DNA of 64,000 nt from Octopus vulgaris. Its lineage: Eukaryota. The stretch spans positions 15,624,001 to 15,688,000 of the forward strand of contig OX597821.1 of the NCBI GenBank assembly GCA_951406725.2, in the 5' to 3' direction. Within the stretch, counting starts at the first letter, position 1. Every line of letters begins with the position of its first letter. Below the pieces are notes generated by a model, which was given only the letters and a program-made list of their open reading frames with translations, searched no databases and was not told the origin of the DNA. The translations under genes were made by a program, and so were the position numbers. This document shows positions 53,174-64,000 of the stretch, in pieces.

Positions 53174-53259
53174 ACTTTCCTGAGGAGAAGATTGCATTGT
53201 TTATACCATTTATTCTTTTGAATAGTATCAGTGGAATTTTCGAAACATGTGTCGAAAGT
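53174..53259 (+). ncRNA. Minimal type I hammerhead ribozyme motif, intact
   Basis: ACTTTC CTGAGGA GAAGATT..AATTTTC GAAAC ATGT GTC GAAAGT: 6-bp stem I, 7-bp stem II, GUC site; paralogue of 13502. Confidence 0.82.
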
Positions 53260-53312
53260 AAAAATATTTGATTACACCTGCGTTAAACTCCATTTATTTA
53301 ATCATATATATA

Positions 53313-53372
<60 letters not shown>

Positions 53373-56300
53373 CATTTAACCGAATATCATAAAAGTCTTA
53401 CATATAATCTGAACCAGTTTTGGGGGGATAAAACCAAGAATTCCCTGTTAATGCTTCCCTCGAGCATTGGTGGTATTTTTATGCACATTCTTGAAATCAC
53501 TGAAAATAACAGTATTTCTTTTAACTTGTGACAAAGAGCTAAAAATAAAAATGAAGTAGTTATGTAACATTGAACTTTAGGAAACTAATGATTTATTTTG
53601 TTTAAATCTGGTACATCAGGAAAGCAGTACATGACAAATGCGTAAAAAAATCTGCAAAACAAACGAATGACAGTGTTACGCCGAGATGGAATCAGCTTTT
53701 GAATAAATCAACTACGCACAGTCGCACGCTTCATACAGAAATATATATGAACAATAAAATAAATCTGAAAGAAATCTGATAGATTTTCTAAGAGAAAGAA
53801 TGAATCGCTGACGTCTAATATTCATGGTCAGCTAAATTCTAAGCTGTCAGTTATAAAAGCAATCACACATGTTGTAAAGTGTCGATAAATCAATTTTAAA
53901 TAGTAAAGTGCAATCGATGAAATTCAGCAAAGCATAAATGTCAAAGAAAAAAAATACCATCAAGTCGGACAACCGATACAACACAATAAAATGAAAATAT
54001 TTACGAAATATCCGAATGAAACGTAGATGCCAAAACACAGTTGGAGAATTCAGGAAAACTTTCATAAGATCGACACATTCTATGGGTGTAAAGTAAGAAA
54101 TGATACCGTATTATATTGTATAAAATAAGTGGTTGACTTCTGGAGTACGTCTAAGATAAATCTATTGCACTCTGAAGACGTGTGTCGAAGAGAAATTAGA
54201 ATATTATGACACTCATGTTTATCTCTTGAGTATTTCTAGCGAAATACTTGGTCTCGTGTAGATAGACATTTGTAAATCAATTTGATTGAATATGATAAGG
54301 TGTGACATAGTGTGTACATTAATATACATACATACATTGATAAATGTATGTTTAGGGCTTAGTTGGACGTATTGACAGCAGTACTATATTTGAAGCTCGA
54401 TACATTTGCTATCATCTCGTTTGTTGAAACGCAATGTTATAGGGACTTATAGGAAGAAATATATACAAGACAAATACGAAGCCATACAGATAGATTTCCT
54501 CCACGAAATTCACTCATAAGATCTTGACCAAGTTACCGCGCATTGAGGCTGAACCCAAAACGCGTGGTCAGCAAACAAATATCCTAACCACACTTACATT
54601 CAATAATAAACATACATAAGTTTATTTATAGAGGTTAGTGAACGTGAGCATCTGTGGATATGCGTGTGTCTGTGTATGTATTTGCGTGTGTAATCTGAAA
54701 TATAATGAACTAGCGGATATATATGACTTGAAGTGTCCCCATAATTACAATTCCACTTATATCAGTGAAGACACATTTCTTCGACGGAAAGCCATCCGAC
54801 TAACGAATGTAATGTGATGAACTGTCAGAAACCTTGAAACAAAATCCCCCTAGCACTTATGGCAAGAACATACTGAACAGTTTTAGTCCTAAGTACATTG
54901 TGTCTCAGAAGAGAAAGAAAGGTGAGGATTCTAATCTAACGCCAGTGAAAGGAAATCAACGCGAAGGGGTTGACTGGGAATTAATCAAAATTTTCCTTTA
55001 ACCATACACATTTATTGCATTTTCTACACTGAGAGTAATATTTATTCCTAAATGTTCTGCCATCTCTGATCAAATGACATTTTCGAAATGCTGGACCATT
55101 TAAAAAAAACAGTATTCCATACTTGGGTTTATTTCTATTACTATTTGCTAACTAAAAATATCATTGTTTATTCTGGTGTTACTGCTTTATAGCATATTTT
55201 CGTGATCCTCCTATTAGTATTACATATAGAGTGGTTTATTTCACATATTTTTATAGATGACAGCGAATTGGTTGTCTAGAATATTGTAAGACGAAAACTG
55301 GGTCCAAATTATCTGTTAACAAAGTGATTTGATGTGTTTCCAAATTTTGTATATGTTGTTAGTTTCACCTTGAAGCTGGTGTTGCATCCATTGCTTTTGC
55401 TAGGGAACTTGTAATGTGAATAAATCCGTTAAAATTTCTAATGAAACAACAAATGAAACAATAAATTTGTTAAGACATGTGCAAGAAGGTAATTCTGTAT
55501 AAAGGCTATTTAAGAGTTCGTTTGACTTCTAGGGACGGGGAAGGATGTGGCTATCATAAGAGTTAAGATTGTAGATATAAGCTCGGTGCCGTCGGTGGGG
55601 TGGAACTGGTACGAGGCCAGCCAATTTTGAAGAACACTTCATTTGTATTAGTTGATGAAAAAATAATGAGGAAAGTAAATGCAGAACCGACCATTTCATG
55701 CCAATGAATTAGGTATCATATTTCTTGTAGCTATTGTTCTTGTAATTATTACTGTTGTTGGGAAAATTCAGATGAACCATGTTAAACAAACATTATGAAC
55801 ATAGAGAAACCGATACTAACTACCTGTTTGTAGCATGTATAACTTCATTGTATAACATATCATATTCGTATATTAAAAAAAAAGAACTTGTGATTTAAAT
55901 GAGATTAGTTGCTATTTCTATCAGGTCAATTGACAAGGTAAACGCTTCAGACTTGAGTGTTGAGTAAGCTATGTCATTCATCGTTATTTTAGTGAAAGGA
56001 AGAAGATAAGTAGGTAAGATGTGAGATGTGTTGATAGAGCTGGAAGCGTTTACACTATTACTTGCAGCGAACAAAAACAAATCAATGGTGTGCCAATGGT
56101 TTTCTAGTATTGGCTTATTGATAGCACCAACTTTACTGGATCAGCTCTGAAAGAAAAAATGTGTGTTTGCACATTCACATACACACACAAACCCGCACGC
56201 GCACACACACATACACACCGACACATATAACCCAAAATAATGAAACAACTGATATGCCAAATCTTTGTTTACTTTATAAGTATTCTTTGAAACAACGCAC

Positions 56301-56689
56301 GCGCGAACACAAGCACACACATGCACACACAATCTTCTATTTTCACAGCTAATCTGCGCTACGTTTTCCTTTATGTCATGTACAATAAATACATAATACA
56401 TACATGCATTCATAGATACATACATTCATACATACATACATACATACATACATACATACATGCATACGTACATACATACATACGTACATACATACATACA
56501 TACGTACATGTATGTGTGAATTTGTGTGTGTGTCCACCACCATATAGAAGAACTACACACTCGCTGGATCTGGTATGGTCATCACTGACATCAGCAGAAA
56601 TGTCTGAATGATTCTCTCACTAAATATTAGAATAACAGAACCGGAATTCTCTACGATGCATGCAAAAGAGCTTTATGCATACCACTTCC

Positions 56690-57330
56690 CGAAACGTATT
56701 TAAAACCCCATATGGAAGATGCAGAAATACAGGAACCAAAGTGAACCGACAAAGAAGACAGAGATCACAGTGGAATTTCACTGTACACCCGTGAAGACCT
56801 CACACCTCGTGTCTTTTTTGTTATACAGGAACTCGGCGTGTGACATAGTAATTGTACATAAAGGACAACTCGATATAGTTATGTGTACCCTTTATAACCC
56901 ATTAGATTCTCCAAATCCCATTGAATGTTTTGAAGACTGCATTGCAAAAATGGAACTTAAAGCCAATTTAGAACAACGCGTCAGTGTACATCTCAGTGAG
57001 ACTCAACCTGCCTAACGTAGGGTGGTCTGAGGATCTTCCCCTTTCAAGAATGACGTGGTGTAAACAGACATTTGGAATGCATATTCAATCCTATAAACAA
57101 GTAGTATTCCCACCAGGGAAAACAATATTCTTCACCTCTGCTTCACAAACAATATGTTACTGATCAATGGTGCGAAACTTCCAACGACGCTAGTCTCAGG
57201 TCTCAGTATAATAAAGCTGATCATGTATGATCCAAAGAAATCCGCAGACATGCAAAATACCCAAAATCTATCCAGTCTAACCTTCCATAATGCAGACGTG
57301 GAAGATATCTTCAAACAGGATCAGCTTCAA
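56690..57330 (+). mobile_element. Decayed CR1/L2-type LINE AP-endonuclease fragment
   Basis: NSACDIVIVH..LDIVMCTLYNP.DS, a (GDF)NLPNV.W-like stretch and PTRENNILHLCFTNN. Confidence 0.7.
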
Positions 57331-57999
57331 ACAGGATCACACACACACAAACAAACAAACAAACATACAAACATGTGTTTGTGCATGTGAGTGTGCTTGG
57401 TACCAAGATTCAAAAATAAGTGCTGGTGCCGATTATTTCGACTAAAATTGTTCAAGGTGATGCCGCAGAGCAACTGCAGTCCGATGCCTAGAACAAATAA
57501 ATGGTAAAAGATATGTATACTTATGTGCATATAAAAATTCATATATTTATATACATATACATACGAATATGCACACATATATTCATACTAGCATATATTC
57601 AGTATATGTGAGAGTTTGTATGTGTGTATGCGTGTGTGTGTGTGATGGTGAGCATGTGCACCATACATAAAGAACCTTACGTTAGAACTATTAATGAATG
57701 GCATGCATTTGTATCAGTGCAGTCGTGAATGCTAATAAGCTCTCTCCAAGCAAATAACATTTGATTCTAAATATTGAGTTACCTTAAGTGCAGTAATATG
57801 CAGAAAATTATTTCCGACAGCAATGTAATTAATCACAGCCGCAGTCAGCAATTGACGAGCATTTCATTAATAAACATATCCTTGTAAAAATGTTTGCTAT
57901 TGAACGATGGGATGCGAACTAAATCATTTAAACGGATTTTGAGCAAGTTTGAAGGGAGGAAGACATTGATTTCATCATGTCTATTATTTGATTTATACT

Positions 58000-58169
58000 T
58001 TTATATATCGAACCCGAAAATACGAATGGCAAAGTCGACCTCGGCCGGATTTGAACCCAGATAGTAATGGTCGGAATTAACATCGGTAGACATTTTGATC
58101 GACTCTCTATCCATTTTACCAGTTTGTCGCCTTAATAATAATAAGAGTGATAACAACAACAGCAACAAC

Positions 58170-58234
<65 letters not shown>

Positions 58235-58455
58235 CAATAATAGTGATCCATTACACTGAAGGTGCAATGGCTGAAATTTAGGGGAGGGGACTAGTCGATT
58301 ACATTGACCCCAGTCTTTCATTAGTAATAAATTTATCGATCCCGAATGGATGAAAGGCAAAGTCGACCTCGGTGGAATTTAAATTTAGAACATGGATGAA
58401 ATAGCTCTTAGCATTTTGCCCATCGTGCTAACCTTTCTGCTAGCTCACCACCTTA
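58000..58455 (-). mobile_element. Two SINE family B modules separated by (TAA)n
   Basis: GGCAAAGTCGACCTCGG..ATTTGAA core at about 58030 and 58360. Confidence 0.8.
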
Positions 58456-58569
58456 GTAATGATAATGATGATGATGAGAAGAAAAAGAAGAAGAAGAAGA
58501 AGAAGAAGAAGAAGAAGAAGAAGAAGAAGAAGAAGAAGAAGAAGAAGAAGAAGAAACAAAGTAAAAAGA

Positions 58570-58880
58570 AAATAACACGCACGATAGTCGACATAGCATA
58601 TCTCGGTGACAAGAGTGAAGAGAGAAGAGAAGTAAAAATAAACAACAAAACGAACTGCGAAATACGCAGGTTGTGGGCAATGAAGAGAGTGGTCATGATA
58701 TCAATAGTAATTGGCGCGCTTAGAAGTACCAGCACTCATCTAGCAAAGTGACTGAAACAGACAGGTACAAATATAAAGATAAAACACCTACAAAGTCATT
58801 ATTGCTTGGGATTACAAGAGTTCTCGGCAGTGTTTTGAAGTATGATCAATAAAAATGTGTCACCTTAATCTGCTGTTTGT
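58570..58880 (+). mobile_element. R4/Dong-type 3' end (RLE)
   Basis: TIVDIAYLGDK..EIRRLWAMKRVVMISIVIGAL. Confidence 0.8.
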
Positions 58881-58903
58881 AGACAGAGTTTTCATCAAAA
58901 TTA

Positions 58904-59167
58904 TCTTATAATTATTGTGCATGTCGTTACCTAGCCCGTCGATGACGCTTTCAAGATATTAGAGAAAATGATGGAGAGAGAGAAATAGTGGAGTGTGAGA
59001 GAAAAGACAGAGAGAGAAGCGTCCATGACAGGAGGTAGGGGGAACGTAATATTTATTACGTGGTTAAAAAAAAGTTATTTGAAGTTAGTGATATAGAAGA
59101 AAGTTAGGAATATAATTTTAGCAGAGGAGTGACGTTCTGATGTTGAGATTAAAGAAAGGCAGAGAGA

Positions 59168-59213
<46 letters not shown>

Positions 59214-59845
59214 TAGACAGAGAGAGAGAGGAAGAGAGAGATGATAGAGAAAGAAATGATGGTGCTGGTTGTGACGGTCGAGGTAGCGATGGTGAGTGAT
59301 AGTGAACAGTAAATTTTTTATTTTAATTGAACTAAATTGTTTAAATCACCTAAAAATTGAAATGCTTTTGGGCTGTGACCTATCGCGTTGACTTATAATG
59401 TTACCAATGATGTCGTTTTCAGAGTATAGCATGTGGTATTAAATTTATACCCCTGTGAAATTTTGACCCCTATATTTTACATAAAATATATTTTTTTTAC
59501 TATAAAATATTTGTTTTCCTAGTATTAAATTGCAACCATGTAAATTTTAAAATGTCATTTTTTTCTGTTTATGTGAAAAACGGAAAAATAAGAGCGAATA
59601 TTTATTCCGTGAGTGTTGCACATAAAGTATATAAAATTGTGCATAACGTATATAAAGTAATATATGGAGTGCGTTAAGTAATCATCGTATTCTAATTTCC
59701 TTCACTTTTTACTGGGTAACAGTTGAGCTATCTTTTGATATAGACACAACACAGGCTACGCTTTTCAGGATTTTTGGATTAAGTTTTCAGGAATAACCTG
59801 AATAGGTTTACTATTGATATCGTGAAATATTCACGGGTCCCGCTA

Positions 59846-59846
<1 letters not shown>
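58904..59846 (+). mobile_element. Probable non-autonomous Helitron
   Basis: 3' hairpin CGTGAA-ATA-TTCACG followed by CTAG|T at 59843-59847; candidate A|TC 5' end at 58904 (less certain). Confidence 0.55.
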
Positions 59847-59907
<61 letters not shown>

Positions 59908-59908
<1 letters not shown>

Positions 59909-60466
59909 CTTGTAAATACTACAAAATTATATCCTATGATAAGTGGTACAGGTACCATACAGCGGATTTAGTAATTGGCGAGGACATCACCTTCCTTTGG
60001 AACTTCCCAATACAAACAGGCAGAAAAAATTAAGTCCAGTCCATCAGACATCGTGACCAAGGGCTACAACAGAGAAACTTGTCTGCTTATAGGTATCTCT
60101 GTCCAACAAGATTAAAATGTCTCAAGAAAGGAATACGTAAAGCTTTCTCGCTATAAATATCTGCAAAAATGTGGAAGTTTAGTACTATGATAGCACCAGT
60201 AATAATTGGTGCATTGGGAATAATAAAGAACGGTGCTGGGAAGTATATTAAGCAACTCCCTGATGATTTCAATCTCCTTGAACTGCAAATGATAAACCTG
60301 ATGATTACAGTCCATATTCTACAGAAAGCGCTCTTCGTGTAAAATGAAATAAATGAGGTGATACTTTTAGCATGCAGAGCAAAACAAAAGTGCCCTTGCT
60401 ATTCTTGGCCTCTGAAGGATACCCGGTACTAAGGCAGCTGAAATAAAGTTATAATGAAAATAAACC
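59908..60466 (+). mobile_element. R4/Dong-type 3' end (RLE) between two (TAA)n arrays
   Basis: ITFLWNFPIQT..DIV..TCLLI..KMWKFSTMIAPVIIGALGIIK..KYIKQLP. Confidence 0.85.
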
Positions 60467-60530
<64 letters not shown>

Positions 60531-61864
60531 TGCACGTGTATATACAAATAAAGAGAGAAAGTGAGAGACAGGATCTCAATAATAACTCTCGTGGGAACCC
60601 CACAAAATGACTCATGAAATCATGATGCAAAACAGCAAAGAAAGAATTAACGGCGAGGATGAAGCTATGGCCGATTGTGGTGAAGGTTTCCTACCCGGCA
60701 CGTCCGAAACCGCCCCGCATCAGGAGCAGTGATCTGGCCTCGGACGGTCGTTATGTCACAATAGATCACATACACGGTGTGTGGTGTGTGCAAAAACAGA
60801 CATAAGTGGACGAAGGATGAGTACGATACACTTATTGAATATCATGAAAGAGCATCGCTTGAAAGTAGTCGCGGAGTAAACCGACGTATCTTGAAATTTT
60901 TGATGATGGTGATGATGATAGTAAGAAGAAGAAGAGGAAGAAGTAGAAGATGAAGAAGAAATAGAGAGAGGAGAAGGAGGAGAATATGCACAGACCAGAT
61001 GCAATCGAGATGGCTGCTACATTCACTTTACATGGATTTGTTCCAGCTAGAGGCTGTGGCCATGCCGGATCACATGTCACTAGCCTGTCGTGAAAGTAGA
61101 CAAGAGACATAAAAAAGATGGTACTTTATAAAGACCTTCTGGAATATGCTGTGCAAATGGAACAAAAGTGATGAAGAATGACCGATCCAAACATAGAAAT
61201 CAATTACAGGAAAAAAAAAACGCAAGCACAGTAAAGTCTATTACATCTTCTTACCAAAATATTGTAGGAAAGAAGAGGAAAAGCTGTCAAAATACATTAT
61301 TTTTTGAAATACTGATATACAAGCTGTATATACAGGAGTATGAACATGAAAACTGTCCAGAATTAATTGGAGCATTATGGAAGATAATAAATACTAAGAA
61401 AATATCTATCATGGCACTAAATACTACACGCTGTCCAAAAAATATCTCTGCTGCAAGAAGCAAAAACAATCTACATCTTTCTTAAGACAATATCGATTGA
61501 ATAGAATAGCTTCATAAATAGATAAATGCATGGCTTACACAATGGGTACATGATAAAATATAAGACAATTCATGTAGGATATATTCCTGGAAAATAGTAC
61601 TCAATGAAATATCAAAACTTGAGTGACACACACACACGCTATCCACGGAAGATGAAATAATAATGCAGCAGAGATAAAGCGAAACCCATTATTAAATCTT
61701 ATTGACACAACTCACTGACATGAGACATTTGTATTCTTCAACACTCAAAAAATACAAACACATGTATTTCTGTGGTGCACGAGTACCAGGCGGTATTGTA
61801 GAATATTTTATTAAACAATCGAAGACATAAGAAACAAGGATGACATTTCTTAAAACAAAATATC

Positions 61865-62182
61865 AGTTTATCGTTCCCGACAGACTATACCACTAAGTAT
61901 TTCATCCGGTGTGCTAACGATTCTGCCACTCTGTTGCGTGAAGGGTGATAAAAATGATGATGGTGGTGGTGGAAAAGTAATTATTTCAAATTTTTGCACA
62001 AGCCAAACGATTTCGGACTGGTTAAAACAATTACATCGACTCCAGTATTCAGCTGGAGTATATTTTATCGACTCCGAAAGGCAAATTCAACTTCACGAAT
62101 TTGAATTCAGAGTGCGAAGACAGACGAAATGCTGCTAAGTATTTTGCCCGGCGTGCTAACCACTTTGGCGAGTCACCGCTTC
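61865..62182 (-). mobile_element. Degenerate SINE family B
   Basis: ATTACATCGACTCCAGT..TTTTATCGACTCCGAAAGGCAAA..AATTTGAATTCAGA..GCCCGGCGTGCTAAC. Confidence 0.75.
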
Positions 62183-62204
62183 AATAATAATAATAACGAT
62201 ATAA

Positions 62205-62731
62205 TCTCATGGCTTCTGATCTTAACTGATTAGAAGTGTTATCGTGTACATTATTTTGTCTTGGTATAAAAGATGGGCTACAGAAAATATTCTGCTCAAT
62301 AACATAGATTTGCTTGTCAGTTGTTCGACCTTAACCAGTTGATCATGTCACTTAGTGGCTGACGATATGTGCATCTCCGACCACAAGCAGAAGTAGAGGG
62401 GAAGTATCATAGCCGTGTGATGAAAGGAATTCTTAGAGTTTGGATTATTTGCCTTTGGAAACATGGGTGGTTTGTTCACCATCCTTAAACAATTCTTATT
62501 CAGGGATCTTTTCAGTGGGATGGGCTACTCAACCAGAAGAAAAACCTAACTGGGCCCCACCTGCAAGGTCATGCGCTTTTTATATTTTTGTGAGATCACC
62601 AAGTTACGCACATATGATTGTGATGCATGTGCCTGGTATAACTTTATCAGACGAGTAGTCATGATGGGTATACTGGGCCTCGTATATTTTACCCCAGCGC
62701 CACTTTGATGGCATACACTGCCCTCTCAGTC
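62205..62731 (+). mobile_element. Interspersed repeat family F, longer copy
   Basis: Homologous to 38676-39041 and followed by (AAT)n. Confidence 0.85.
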
Positions 62732-62732
62732 A

Positions 62733-62790
<58 letters not shown>

Positions 62791-62843
62791 TAATAATAGT
62801 AAGGATAATAATAATAATAATGATAATAATAATAACAATAATG

Positions 62844-62897
<54 letters not shown>

Positions 62898-62898
62898 T

Positions 62899-63180
62899 AA
62901 CAAGGTATGCGATAAAGAAGAAACAAATTACAGATATTACGGGTTAGCGTGAGAAGTTAAATAGTGGTGGCACTGAAAAAGGTGGTACCAGATATTGTCG
63001 GAGCACTGAGAACAATCGGTAAAAATCTTGAGATGTACATGGAATAAATATGGTATGCAATAAAGGTGGGGGACCTGCAGAAAACTGCACTGCTTGGAAC
63101 CGCTCGAATACTTCGGATGGTGGTCGAAAAATAAGGTGTGTTACTTTAGACCACTGGTAGGGAACAGCTGACACCGTAGA
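62899..63180 (+). mobile_element. R4/Dong-type 3' end (RLE)
   Basis: IVGALRTIGKNLEMYME..DLQKTALLGTARILRMVVEK*; 3' UTR similar to 38500-38570. Confidence 0.88.
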
Positions 63181-63225
63181 TGATGATAATGGTTATGATG
63201 ATGATGATGATTGTGATGATGGTGG

Positions 63226-63262
<37 letters not shown>

Positions 63263-63459
63263 ATTCCTCAAATATAAACAAGTCTCCTATTTTTTAAAAC
63301 TCCCACAAATAATCATCATACATTCACCCTCACTCTCTAATGCTGTATAAATTCGATTGAACGACAAAGGGAAAGAAAGTACTTAATCCCGCCAATACGT
63401 TTCTCCCTAATTATTTTCCATTATTATTTTTAATTATCCAGAATTAAGCATATATGTTT

Positions 63460-63511
<52 letters not shown>

Positions 63512-63765
63512 ATCACAGACACAGAAATATATAAACATATATGTATAAATATTTATATATGTACGTTCATTTATATGCACATTTATACACTCATATACAC
63601 AATGTACATGCATATATGTATAAATATATACATACACACACACATATACATACACACACACATATCTATACACACACATATATATATATATACATGTATA
63701 TATAAAGATATATATATATATGTAAATACACGAATATATAAAAAAAATATGCATATATATATATA

Positions 63766-64000
63766 TTCTTCTTTTCCCCCGTCTGTCTTGATAGACAATC
63801 GGTCGCGCCAAGGGTGGGGCCTACTTTGATGATGAGCAGCGTCTGCTGTGACTGAACAGTCCAATTCTAGAGTGGCAGTCCCTGGTACAGTTGCTGCACA
63901 CGAACATCGATGGGTACGTGTGGGGTGTTGCTGCAGTTGTTCTCCTCCTGTCCCGCCTGTCCGGCCACAGCTGTGCTCTCCTTTCCTCAGCCATGGAAAC
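63766..64000 (-). mobile_element. RTE/BovB-like LINE 3' end, running off the window edge
   Basis: Minus strand: ..MFVCSNCTRDCHSRIGLFSHSRRCSSSK* (stop at 63821-63823), short 3' UTR, GAAAAGAAGAA tail. Confidence 0.88.

Noticed and set aside
60550-61720. 5' part of another RLE retrotransposon or a host exon
   Set aside because: GC-richer and suggestive, but no continuous diagnostic motif could be read.

Overview
AT-rich eukaryotic genomic DNA saturated with repeats. The repeat families and the very high (TA)n/(TAA)n microsatellite load resemble a coleoid cephalopod (Octopus-like) genome; this is inference from recalled repeat families, not a search result. I find no credible host protein-coding exon. 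Nearly all long ORFs in the track are translated microsatellites or decayed transposon ORFs. The window contains a 5'-truncated CR1/L2-type LINE, two RTE-clade LINE ends, many R4/Dong-type (restriction-like endonuclease) remnants associated with (TAA)n arrays, a full-length dead mariner, non-autonomous Helitrons, several tRNA-derived SINE families and multiple Penelope-like element (PLE) remnants. The main signal is a dense set of about 11 minimal type I hammerhead ribozyme motifs from about 5 families. They have palindromic helix III sequences, and two of the families show compensatory stem-I differences between copies. One family is a short element combining a tRNA-like pol III head, (AAT)n and a hammerhead. 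At two loci it is inserted as a fold-back inverted pair flanked by target-site duplications, so it is a candidate Penelope-mobilised, ribozyme-bearing SINE/retrozyme. All folding and alignments were done by eye.
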